From a virus, in the IMG/VR virus record IMGVR_UViG_3300048904_000222, positions 1 to 64,000 of that record: DNA of 64,000 nt. One strand, written 5' to 3'. The notes under the pieces are model-generated. The model searched no databases, was not told the origin of the DNA, and worked only from the letters and a program-made list of their open reading frames with translations. The position numbers and the translations under genes were made by a program. Shown piece after piece: positions 56,223 to 64,000 of this stretch; positions within the stretch are counted from its first letter, which is position 1, and every line of letters begins with the position of its first letter.

Positions 56223-58409
56223 TTAATACCCGAACCAAGAAAGATTCATAGTGCGCGGATAAATCGGGCCGACAGGTTGATTTTTCATACATTCAATACG
56301 AATCTGATAAAGACGCCCCGTCACCAGCCCGCCTGTAGCAAGCCAAGGTGTCACGTTTCCAGCGGAACCCGTCGTATTTCCACCATTAACCCACGGACCC
56401 AAAGTAACTACCGTTTGAAATCCGGTTGCGACGACGCTTGCCGAAACAGTATCATAAACACTAATCCGCGCCAATACGTCAACACCACTAGGAGCGGAAC
56501 CAATTTCGATATGTAAATTTGCAAACACCATAACTATACCGTTTGCACCTGCGGTATAGTTCGCAACCAATCTAGACTGAAACACGTTGACCGCTAAGTC
56601 ACTTTCATCGCCACCGCCAGCGGCACCTATGAAAGGATTTAAATTCCCATTGTCCCACGGGGAATATATACCAAACACAGGACGTTTAGAAAGTGTCGCA
56701 ACACCGGTGGATCGATTAATGATAAACGGATTGTCAACACCCGAACCAGCATCTGAATATCTGGTGATTGCAAAATTCGATCCAGCATTCGAACCACCTT
56801 CGGCCGAATTATCGGATGCAACAGACCATCGCGAAAGCCCATTCGTCTGCAAATACAGAACCTTGTTCTTTGCAGCCGCACCATTAAGCGAGATTGTCGA
56901 ATCAACCGCCGCCGTATTGGTGTCCACAACGAAAGGACGATACACGGTTCCGCTGCCGCTCGCACGGTTGAAACTCAGTACGTTTTCAATGAACGCACCG
57001 GCATCGGAATACCGAGCAAAGTTCAGGTTCGACCCTGCGTTCGAACCACCTTCTGCTACGTTGCCTACGGAAATCTGCCAACGCGCAGAGCCAGCAGTTT
57101 GGAAGTTAAGACCACGTATCTGGCCTGCATTTGCACTGATGGAGACAAAACGGTCGGCCGTCGTGCCGTTGACCTGAATGTTGTTGCCTGCCGTAACGGT
57201 GCCAGTGAATGAGGCAGCAGCCGTCGCGCGGTTAATGATGAATGGGGAATCGATAAAAGCGCCAGCGTCTGAATACCGTGCAACGAAGAAATCGGATCCA
57301 GCATTCGAACCGCCTTCTGCGCCAGACGTTGCGCCGAATTGCCAACGCCCCGAACCGTTCGTATTGATGTTGATCGAGCGCTGCTGCCCGGCCGCCGCAC
57401 TATTAAGCGTAAGGGCCGGCGAAGCATACGAAAGCGAAACGGCACCGGTGAACGTTGCGCTGGCAAGTGCGGCATACAGTGTCGGATTGAAGTTGCCAGC
57501 GTCCCATGCGGTGTTGCCGTTGAACGTCGGGCGAACGGTTGTGGCGATCGCGTTGACAGTGGCCCCGGACCGCGTAACCGTCAGCCAGTTACTCGTCGTG
57601 CTCCAAGCATCGTTGATTGCTCGAAACGTGAGCTGCGTATCCGATTGTTGGGCGTCCCACAGCTTCTGGTCGGCAGGCGCATCAACCTTCTTCCACAAAA
57701 GGTCTGGCAGTGTGCCATTTCGGCCCGGCGAAACACCCGAAACCGTGCCCGCCGCAACAGAGTTATTCACCCCGCCGTTGAACACATGCCTGTTCGACCA
57801 GGACCAATCTTGTCCGGTCAGCGGGTACAGCGAACCGTCGGTATTGAACGCGGTATTGAAGGTTTCGGTCAAGGAGACTTTAACGCGTCTCCAGCGAATG
57901 AAGCTCCACGTCGCATTCGTTGCAACAAGGCGAATCTGCGCTTGTGTCGCATTGGCGGGAACGGTTTCAGTGAATGCCGCCGTCACATACGTACTGCCGT
58001 TGATCCCGACGAAATCGTGGTTTGCCCCGTCTTGAATCAACGTGCCATTGTTGTCGTAATACTGAACGTCGACATAAAGCGGTGTGCCAGCGTAAGAACC
58101 GACAAGTGCGTCGATTGCAGCCGTGAACGGGCCACCCGCCGTAACAGGGATGTTCCCGCTCGTAAAGGTGACTGTGGCAGCAGAAGCGCGCGCCGCAACG
58201 TTGAAGTAAAGACCGACGCCGCCATTATTGACAGAAAACGAATCGGTTGAAGTCCAGAAATATGTTCCAAGCTCGCCGGAGCTATTCGGCATCTTGTTTT
58301 GTGACGTCGTATTCAATTGATACATATTCGTATCAATTTCAGCCGACGTCAACGGACGGCCCAAGCCGGTCCCCCACGCGCCATTTCCACGATAATTAAG
58401 ATTTGCCAT
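56223..58409 (-). CDS. Tail fibre / receptor-binding protein candidate with internal ~80-aa repeats
   Basis: 728 aa. The N-terminus is MANLNYRGNGAWGTG. There are three repeats, each containing EGGSNAGSxFxxxRYSDAGxxxxxPFxxNR. Confidence 0.6.
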   Translation of the reverse strand: MANLNYRGNGAWGTGLGRPLTSAEIDTNMYQLNTTSQNKMPNSSGELGTYFWTSTDSFSVNNGGVGLYFNVAARASAATVTFTSGNIPVTAGGPFTAAIDALVGSYAGTPLYVDVQYYDNNGTLIQDGANHDFVGINGSTYVTAAFTETVPANATQAQIRLVATNATWSFIRWRRVKVSLTETFNTAFNTDGSLYPLTGQDWSWSNRHVFNGGVNNSVAAGTVSGVSPGRNGTLPDLLWKKVDAPADQKLWDAQQSDTQLTFRAINDAWSTTSNWLTVTRSGATVNAIATTVRPTFNGNTAWDAGNFNPTLYAALASATFTGAVSLSYASPALTLNSAAAGQQRSININTNGSGRWQFGATSGAEGGSNAGSDFFVARYSDAGAFIDSPFIINRATAAASFTGTVTAGNNIQVNGTTADRFVSISANAGQIRGLNFQTAGSARWQISVGNVAEGGSNAGSNLNFARYSDAGAFIENVLSFNRASGSGTVYRPFVVDTNTAAVDSTISLNGAAAKNKVLYLQTNGLSRWSVASDNSAEGGSNAGSNFAITRYSDAGSGVDNPFIINRSTGVATLSKRPVFGIYSPWDNGNLNPFIGAAGGGDESDLAVNVFQSRLVANYTAGANGIVMVFANLHIEIGSAPSGVDVLARISVYDTVSASVVATGFQTVVTLGPWVNGGNTTGSAGNVTPWLATGGLVTGRLYQIRIECMKNQPVGPIYPRTMNLSWFGY
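56685..57422 (-). repeat. Three imperfect tandem coding repeats (~240 bp each) in the fibre gene
   Basis: The protein segments at about aa 330-405, 410-490 and 500-575 share RWQ(F/I)..., EGGSNAGS, (A/T)RYSDAG and (I/F)NR(A/S)(T/S). Confidence 0.65.
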
Positions 58410-58844
58410 TTAGTTCACCGTGATGAGCCACGTGATGGAGAGGGTGTCACTTGCTGCTTTCGGGATCGAATTGAAAGTCGTTCTTGAGAATAACTGGCCG
58501 CCGGACACGGCATTGAACAAGCCGCATTCTGTCCAGTTGCCATTTCCCACACCCGGCACGAATGTGGTCTTGCAAGTCTCAACGTTGCCTGCGCGGGTTG
58601 GAAATCCAGCGTCGAAGGCCACACAGACGATTTGGTTGCCAAGGCTCGTGTCGCCGGGGGCAGGTGTTACTGAGCCAGCGCCAACGCCGATTGCGCTCAG
58701 CCCCGGGAATTCACTATTCGAAAACAGACGCGAAACTGCAACTTGCTTACCAAGTGTGACAACCAGATTCGGCTTGTCAAGAACTAAAACCCCATTCTTA
58801 TGAATGAGAATGCGTCCTTCAAATTCCAGGTCTGCTTTAAACAT
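58410..58844 (-). CDS. Tail-tip associated protein (144 aa), unknown function
   Basis: Track ORF abutting its neighbours. Beta-rich composition. Confidence 0.5.
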   Translation of the reverse strand: MFKADLEFEGRILIHKNGVLVLDKPNLVVTLGKQVAVSRLFSNSEFPGLSAIGVGAGSVTPAPGDTSLGNQIVCVAFDAGFPTRAGNVETCKTTFVPGVGNGNWTECGLFNAVSGGQLFSRTTFNSIPKAASDTLSITWLITVN

Positions 58845-58845
58845 G

Positions 58846-59736
58846 CTAGAATATTACTACCGGTTCGTTTGTGTAATCGAACTCAGCATATGTGCCATCG
58901 TGGTACAGCGCCTTATTGATGGAACCGCTTTCACTGAGCGTTACCGAATCCGCCATGTTCATATTGTTGCCAATATAATCGGACATGGACATGACCGGGA
59001 TGTTTCGAATTTGCGCGGTGGCCGTGACCTTGTAGATTGCGTCCTGCGCGGACTCAACTGGCGATTCGGTGAACTGGAAAACCTGTTGGTTGGTTGTGCC
59101 TCTGCCATTCCAAAACCAACCCTTGAAAGGTGCAATACCGCCAAGCAGCTGATTATGAAGAAAATCACTCCAGATATTATACTCGGCAACGGTAAACAGC
59201 CACGTTAGAGTAACAACTCCGATACTGTCATCAAACCGGCTACGTTGCGACGGCATGCCCGCGCCAACATTTGAGCGAGTGAGTGCGTCAGGTCGGGAAA
59301 TGGTGTATCCGCTTTTCTCTGGTGGCGGCAGCGTTGTGGGAAACGACCGCATGAAACTGATAGGACCACCAGTCGGTGCGGATCGAATATATTCAACTGC
59401 ACATGACACGATAAAACCGACGTTCGGATCTGTTTTGATCTCCGGGTACTTGGTCATGCGCATCGTAACAGGCGATACGTCAGGGTTCAGTGCCAACGTA
59501 AAGAACCCAGCAGCCTCTGCGCAGTCGTACTTCACCCACGCCTCGAACCAGTCGAGCTGGCTCTCTGTCATGTTGAATGTGATGGTTTGCGCTACAGCCT
59601 GCGGCGAGAATTGCCGACGCAGGCGGGAACGCCCCGTATCCATTTTGGCCGCACGAAACTTATCACCATACTGCGAGGTGAATCCGTCTCGTACTGGATA
59701 CGGGCAGTGCGTGAGCGGGTATGCGGGGACTGTCAT
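58846..59736 (-). CDS. Distal tail protein candidate (296 aa)
   Basis: First gene after the tape measure; the ATG overlaps the TMP stop. The N- and C-terminal halves look like a duplicated domain. Confidence 0.5.
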   Translation of the reverse strand: MTVPAYPLTHCPYPVRDGFTSQYGDKFRAAKMDTGRSRLRRQFSPQAVAQTITFNMTESQLDWFEAWVKYDCAEAAGFFTLALNPDVSPVTMRMTKYPEIKTDPNVGFIVSCAVEYIRSAPTGGPISFMRSFPTTLPPPEKSGYTISRPDALTRSNVGAGMPSQRSRFDDSIGVVTLTWLFTVAEYNIWSDFLHNQLLGGIAPFKGWFWNGRGTTNQQVFQFTESPVESAQDAIYKVTATAQIRNIPVMSMSDYIGNNMNMADSVTLSESGSINKALYHDGTYAEFDYTNEPVVIF

Positions 59737-62639
59737 TAGCCCCTCCCAGGAATAGATTTAACGCCGAACTTGGCTTGGATCGAATCGTGGATGTCTCCGC
59801 GACCCTTGCTGATGTCGCTGGCAATATCGCGCTTGATCGCTTGAACCATTACTTGAATCTGTGGATTACCGCTATCATCGCTTCGAACGCTTGCCGTTGC
59901 CTGTACTTGATCGGATGCCGTGTTGTTGATCACAATCCCAATCTTTGGCCCACCGATTGCAACGGTTTGGCCGCCACCGCCGCTTGACGGGGCAGAGCCA
60001 GCGTTCCATGCGTCAAGGTTTCCCACACCGATCCTGCGGGTGGCGTCTGAGTTCAGCACGTACTCTTGCCCGTGCACAACACCGGCCACGTCGTTGACCC
60101 CGTAGTTGCCCGTATAACCGCCAGCCGCGAAACCGGATGGCATCGTAAAGCCGTAGCTGTTGTTACCGACACCCCAATTGTTCGCCGCGCTTGCCCCACC
60201 AGCACCGCCACCGAATCCAAACGCTCCAGCAAAGCCAACACCGCTGCCAAACAGCGATTTAAGAATGTTCGATTCAAGGATCTGAAGCTCAATCTTAATC
60301 AGGTCCTGAAGAATGCTCGTCATCAGGTCGCCGAAGTTGAGCTTACCCGTGGTCACAAAATTCGCCAGCGCATTATTCGCACCGTCGAACATATCCGTCA
60401 GAGCGGTTTTAACGTTCGCAGCGTCGTTCGTAACATTGTCGAACCATTCAATCAGCCCAGCTTGCGCGCCTGCCTGGAACGTGCGTTGTGAATTCAAGAA
60501 CGTGAGCGTGATTTCGTCCAACTGTTGGTTGAACTGATCCGCGGAAATCGTACCCTGCGAGTAAAGCTGGTTCAGCGCCGAGATGGACTGATTGTAGTCC
60601 TTCTGTGGCTGCGTGGTGCGCTGGATAATGTTGGCGCGCTGCGCTGCAATCTGCGTAGCTTCGAGGTTCACCCGAATGAGTTCCGTCATCGTGTCGATTT
60701 CGGACTGATTCAGAACGATACTCTTCTTACGCAAGGCTTGTTCTTGTTCCCACACCTTGGTTGCAATAATGCGGGCATCGCCATCCTGTTCGAGCAGCGT
60801 TGTTTCTGCGGCCAGCTTTGCGAGATACGCTTCTTGCGGATGCACAATATCGGTATAGTGCATCTTCAATGCCTGCAGATAGCGCTGGTATTGGTCTTGC
60901 GAAATCAGATGCGCCTTCAGCGCCTTATCCAGAATATCCGTATCGTGCGCCATCTGCAGAATAGCCCCGGCTGCCGGATCGATCGTGTTCAGCAGCGTAC
61001 GAAGCTGGTTCTGCAATTTCTCCAGAGCTTTGTTGGCCTTGTCTGGCATCTTGTATGCCGTGCCGGTTTGGTCAAGACCCGGATCGCCAAGAACTTTCTT
61101 GCGCGCCGCTGCGGCCGCCTGCGCCCCGGCCGTCAGCCGTTGCATAAAGCCGCCGATATAATCAGTATTGAATGCGTCTTGGAAATCCTTGCCGATATTC
61201 AGCGACGTGGCTTTCGCCTTGTTTTCAAGAGGCGTGAAGTCGATATTGTCAAGGTGCGCGCCAACCTTGTCGCCAACAACGTTATACGAATCAATCATCT
61301 TATTGATGAAATTCGTGGTCGACTGTTGCGCACCGTTGAGTGCGTCGATAAAGATTCCGACGAAGTACTCGGGGAAGTTGTTCCAGATGTCCTTCACGGC
61401 GTTATACAGGCCGACGTAAAGTCCGATCCAGTTATTAACCATCCTCTTAATAACGTCCAGCACAGCGTCCGCAAACGTTCCGGTGCTGCTTGTGATCGAC
61501 TGCCATACGGTGTTGACTACGCCAGAAATGGACGACCATACGTCGGTCACAACCGCCCACATCGCTTTCGCGCCATCGGAGATCATTTTCCATGCAGAAA
61601 CCAGATAATCGCCAAGCGTAAGTCCTTCCTTGGCGTTCAACGTGATTTCGTTACGGAATGCCACTAGGGCCGTAGCAGCGGCCACCACAGCCGTCGCTAC
61701 AAAAGCAAAGGGGTTGGCAGCGAGGGCGGCCGTCAAGCCGCGCACGGCCCCGGCTGTCGCGCCCACAATGGCAGCAAACCCGCCAGTAGCCAATCGCCAC
61801 GCGCCATAGGCGGCAGCCGCAACGAAAAGGCTCTTGGCAACCGTATCGATGTTCTCGCCAAGGAACTTGAGAGCCTTCCCGAATACGGTTGCGCCGTTGA
61901 CTGCCTCAACCGTTTGCCCCACCCACTGCACTACAGAGTTCTTAAGAACCGTGAAGCCTTGCGCGATGGTATATGCGGATTTACCGAACTGTTCGTTGAG
62001 AACTTTTTCAGCGTCGATTGTGGCCTTCGCCAGCATCTGCGAAGTAAGTGCACCAGACGAAATCATCGCCTTGACGGCAGCCACCGGTTTTCCGAGTTGT
62101 TCAGCAATTGCCTTGGCAAGAACCGGCAGACCCGTCAGTACAGAGTTCCATTCTTGTGCACGCACCTTGCCCGTGCCGAGCGCTTGGCTGTATTGCAGCA
62201 GCGCCCCGGACGCTTGTGCCACCGTCGTATGCTGCACAACAAGCGCTTCGCCGAGCGCTTGCGTAATCTTGAGAACTTGGTTCTGCGACAGGCCAAGCGC
62301 ATCGGACTGAATCGCGATGCGCTGGTATGTGTTGCCGACGTCCTGCAATGGCTGACGTGTCTTCTGTGCAATAGCGAACAGACGTTCCTGCACCGCTGCC
62401 GCTTGGTCGGCACTCTTTGTGGCGACGTTGATATTACCTTCGAACGATGCCCACAAGTCAATATACTGTTTCAGCGTGTTCAGTGCCGCCGCACCGATCA
62501 GTGTATTCAGCGCCCGCTGCATGAAGTCAACCGCATTGGCGCTACGGGTTGCCGCTGCGCCAATATTGTTCAGCTGGACTGTGACTTGTTGAGTACCAGT
62601 CGAGGTGACCTGTACGTTGATACCGACTGGTGTGCTCAT
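59736..62639 (-). CDS. Tail tape measure protein
   Basis: 967 aa, Ala/Gln/Leu-rich and helical. The N-terminal region resembles the TMP core (LGLSQNQVLKITQALGEALVVQHTT...GKVRAQEWNSVLTGLP). There is a central hydrophobic Ala/Gly block. It lies downstream of the chaperone genes. Confidence 0.85.
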   Translation of the reverse strand: MSTPVGINVQVTSTGTQQVTVQLNNIGAAATRSANAVDFMQRALNTLIGAAALNTLKQYIDLWASFEGNINVATKSADQAAAVQERLFAIAQKTRQPLQDVGNTYQRIAIQSDALGLSQNQVLKITQALGEALVVQHTTVAQASGALLQYSQALGTGKVRAQEWNSVLTGLPVLAKAIAEQLGKPVAAVKAMISSGALTSQMLAKATIDAEKVLNEQFGKSAYTIAQGFTVLKNSVVQWVGQTVEAVNGATVFGKALKFLGENIDTVAKSLFVAAAAYGAWRLATGGFAAIVGATAGAVRGLTAALAANPFAFVATAVVAAATALVAFRNEITLNAKEGLTLGDYLVSAWKMISDGAKAMWAVVTDVWSSISGVVNTVWQSITSSTGTFADAVLDVIKRMVNNWIGLYVGLYNAVKDIWNNFPEYFVGIFIDALNGAQQSTTNFINKMIDSYNVVGDKVGAHLDNIDFTPLENKAKATSLNIGKDFQDAFNTDYIGGFMQRLTAGAQAAAAARKKVLGDPGLDQTGTAYKMPDKANKALEKLQNQLRTLLNTIDPAAGAILQMAHDTDILDKALKAHLISQDQYQRYLQALKMHYTDIVHPQEAYLAKLAAETTLLEQDGDARIIATKVWEQEQALRKKSIVLNQSEIDTMTELIRVNLEATQIAAQRANIIQRTTQPQKDYNQSISALNQLYSQGTISADQFNQQLDEITLTFLNSQRTFQAGAQAGLIEWFDNVTNDAANVKTALTDMFDGANNALANFVTTGKLNFGDLMTSILQDLIKIELQILESNILKSLFGSGVGFAGAFGFGGGAGGASAANNWGVGNNSYGFTMPSGFAAGGYTGNYGVNDVAGVVHGQEYVLNSDATRRIGVGNLDAWNAGSAPSSGGGGQTVAIGGPKIGIVINNTASDQVQATASVRSDDSGNPQIQVMVQAIKRDIASDISKGRGDIHDSIQAKFGVKSIPGRG

Positions 62640-63082
62640 GGAATAATCCTGGTGCCTGCGACGGAGCGAATACCGCGAACAATGGCGTTCTCAACAAAAC
62701 CCTGAGGGGCTTGGAGACTCCAGCCATCGTTCAGCTTGTTGATGTAGGGAAGCGAGTTTGTGATATAAATTCTGTCGGACGGGCTATTTAACGTACCAAT
62801 AACCTGCTGCCCAGCGGAGATAGTGTAAGAATTGACAGCGTTGAATGTCGAGCCGAATGTTCCTGGCGCTCGGGATGGAATGACACCGGTTGGCGGTTGG
62901 TTGATCCCGACCTGCCAATTAGACTTCGCCATCCCGGTGTCAATTGGGGTTCTGACCACAAGTTCCGTCAACACGTTATTCGCAATGGTGCGCATGGTGT
63001 TGACAATGCCTTGTTCGAATTGACGACCCAGCTGAGTAATGTCGATCGTGCACGTTACCGTATTACTGAGCCGGGTTGCCAT
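62636..63082 (-). CDS. HK97 gp10-like tail-component protein
   Basis: 148 aa. VVRTPIDTGMAKSNWQV resembles the DTGxLxxS motif of the HK97 gp10 family. The stop overlaps the TMP start (ATGA). Confidence 0.45.
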   Translation of the reverse strand: MATRLSNTVTCTIDITQLGRQFEQGIVNTMRTIANNVLTELVVRTPIDTGMAKSNWQVGINQPPTGVIPSRAPGTFGSTFNAVNSYTISAGQQVIGTLNSPSDRIYITNSLPYINKLNDGWSLQAPQGFVENAIVRGIRSVAGTRIIP

Positions 63083-63083
63083 C

Positions 63084-63431
63084 CTAACCTCCGTTGTTTT
63101 GTTGCTCGCGCTTCTTTTTCATCACTTCGAAATACTTTATGTCCATCTGGCGGATTAGGTAGATTAGATCGTCCTTTTGTTCCTCGTCCAGGTCATATAC
63201 AATGGCATATTCCAATACCGCCAAATATGAAATAGGACCGTCGCCCATGCCACTCCGACACGAACTCAGGTCCTGGTATGCCTGAAAGTACAGACCGTTT
63301 CCGAAATCCACCTCCGGTTTATCGGCAAGCCAAGCAGGTAAGTCTGCACCAGTCTGCTCGGCCTGCCTTCGAACGATTTTCTCATTCTCCCCGTGGATAA
63401 GATGGAACTCCAGGACGTCAATCAGTTTTTT
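63084..63431 (-). CDS. Tail assembly chaperone, -1 frameshift extension (T part of G-T fusion)
   Basis: The slippery heptamer A_AAA_AAC occupies 63431-63425 on the minus strand, immediately before the G-ORF stop (63424-63422). The -1 frame continues KKLIDVLEFHLIHGENEK... to the stop at 63084. The N-terminal 59 aa of track ORF 63084..63602 look like out-of-frame nonsense. Confidence 0.65.
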   Translation of the reverse strand, partial: KKLIDVLEFHLIHGENEKIVRRQAEQTGADLPAWLADKPEVDFGNGLYFQAYQDLSSCRSGMGDGPISYLAVLEYAIVYDLDEEQKDDLIYLIRQMDIKYFEVMKKKREQQNNGG

Positions 63432-63841
63432 GCTTGCGCCTCCAGAAGCACTTCGCGGAAATACGTGATGTCCTGGGAAATGCCAACGATGTCCGAAAAC
63501 AGGTCGTCCAGATCGCGGAACAGCTTCAGGCAAGTTTCCTTGCTGAACGTCAGCGGGCTGCCGTTGGCGTCCTTCACGTTCTCCCAGCCGATAACGATAC
63601 ACTCGGCGTATGCCTGCTTCAGAATGTCGCGGCTGAGTTCCGCATTGTCGATCTTGATCACGCCGTTGCGCTGGTGCGGTCGCGTCAGGCGGTTGATCAC
63701 CTTCGCGAAACGCACGTTGGCCCCGCCTGCCCGTGTAACTTGGAAAGCGATCTCGCCATCCTCGTCGATGCCTACAACAGCTCGAACCCCTTCGAGTTCG
63801 AGTTTCGGGCTGGTTTTGTATTGACTGTAAAGACCGCTCAT
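63422..63841 (-). CDS. Tail assembly chaperone (lambda gpG-like)
   Basis: 139 aa and acidic. It sits between the tube gene and the tape measure and ends with a slippery site. Confidence 0.65.
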   Translation of the reverse strand: MSGLYSQYKTSPKLELEGVRAVVGIDEDGEIAFQVTRAGGANVRFAKVINRLTRPHQRNGVIKIDNAELSRDILKQAYAECIVIGWENVKDANGSPLTFSKETCLKLFRDLDDLFSDIVGISQDITYFREVLLEAQAKN

Positions 63842-63853
63842 TTGCTTTGTCCG

Positions 63854-64000
63854 TTAGAGATTGGTGTCGGCGGCGGTCGGCAGGTACGGGAACACTTGGA
63901 AAGTGATCGTATTGCCGAACGGGCTCTGCGCACCGTTCGTATCCAGCGGCATCGTAACCGGGTTGTCTTTCTGCACTTGCAACCGGCCGTTGCCGAGGGA
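63854..64000 (-). CDS. Major tail (tube) protein candidate, partial (5' end beyond the right window edge)
   Basis: Hand-translated open frame from base 64000 to the TAA at 63856-63854 (...SLGNGRLQVQKDNPVTMPLDTNGAQSPFGNTITFQVFPYLPTAADTNL). Lies upstream of the chaperone genes. Function is inferred from gene order only. Confidence 0.4.
   Translation of the reverse strand, partial: SLGNGRLQVQKDNPVTMPLDTNGAQSPFGNTITFQVFPYLPTAADTNL

Noticed and set aside
24447-61667. Many long antisense ORFs in the track
   Set aside because: Examples are 24447..25241 -, 26374..27384 -, 28038..29051 -, 32133..33188 -, 35302..36204 -, 38374..39237 -, 41014..41904 -, 43190..44068 -, 49509..50378 -, 53513..54283 +, 57339..58250 + and 60525..61667 +. 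Each lies opposite a gene with recognisable family motifs (ligase, SSB-like, QueC, FolE, TMP and others). They have Arg/Cys/His/Gly-rich compositions, lack RBSs and break the tight operon packing. This is typical shadow-ORF behaviour in GC-rich coding DNA.
63432-63602. Independent ATG start (63602) for the 172-aa ORF overlapping the chaperone gene
   Set aside because: The first ~59 residues (MYRYRLGEREGRQRQPADVQQGNLPEAVPRSGRP...) look like out-of-frame translation of the G-like gene. A classical A_AAA_AAC slippery site at the G stop explains the downstream frame as a -1 frameshift extension.
1-64000. Lysogeny module (integrase, CI/Cro-type switch), toxin-antitoxin pairs, restriction-modification genes, CRISPR/anti-CRISPR signatures
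   Set aside because: I scanned all ORF translations. No tyrosine or serine recombinase motifs, methyltransferase motifs or recognisable TA families were seen. Small HTH proteins exist but cannot be assigned to a CI/Cro switch from sequence alone.

Overview
Essentially the whole 64-kb window is tailed dsDNA phage sequence with a siphovirus-like tail module. I found no host housekeeping genes, rRNA, CRISPR array, transposase or integrase.

Layout:
(i) 1-15932, minus strand: portal (partial, runs off the left edge), large and small terminase, and a lambda-like lysis cassette (holin, GH108-type endolysin, overlapping i-/o-spanins). These are followed by a run of exported moron-like proteins, MazG, a lambda-type Ser/Thr phosphatase and about 20 small, translationally coupled ORFs.
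(ii) 15933-20637: switch/regulatory region. It holds three tandem sigma-54-like -24/-12 motifs, a ~200-bp divergent-promoter cassette present twice, two pairs of palindromic operators, and an AT-rich field of TGCCAAAT iterons (candidate origin).
(iii) 20638-50671, plus strand: replication/recombination module (prim-pol/helicase, Nudix, RNase H, ATP ligase, Sak4-like ATPase, DUF669-type SSB-like protein, Cas4-like nuclease, SF2 helicase, beta-clamp-like protein, family-B polymerase). This arm also carries one tRNA-Pro(UGG) followed directly by a ~750-nt ORF-free, hairpin-dense region. Next to that lies a 7-deazaguanine DNA-modification island (queE, queC-like, queF-like, queD, folE, dpdA plus unknown ORFs).
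(iv) 50790-64000, minus strand: tail module (tube partial at the right edge, G/G-T chaperone with a -1 frameshift site, tape measure, tip proteins, 1256-aa J-like protein, repeat-containing fibre).

Most interesting:
- The deazaguanine island has non-canonical members: a QueC lacking all four Zn cysteines, a QueF-like protein lacking the NADPH motif, and an embedded membrane hydrolase.
- The tRNA-linked region is a candidate large structured RNA.
- The triple sigma-54-like motif.
- A dispersed paralogous ...W(R/K)KF domain family.
- C-terminal peptide tips: PSWAQ on two proteins, and an SSB-like DDDIPF on the helicase.

All functional calls come from motif recognition by eye; no database search was possible. 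Start codons were adjusted by hand from the supplied ORF track. Many long ORFs in the track are antisense shadows typical of GC-rich coding DNA and were not called.
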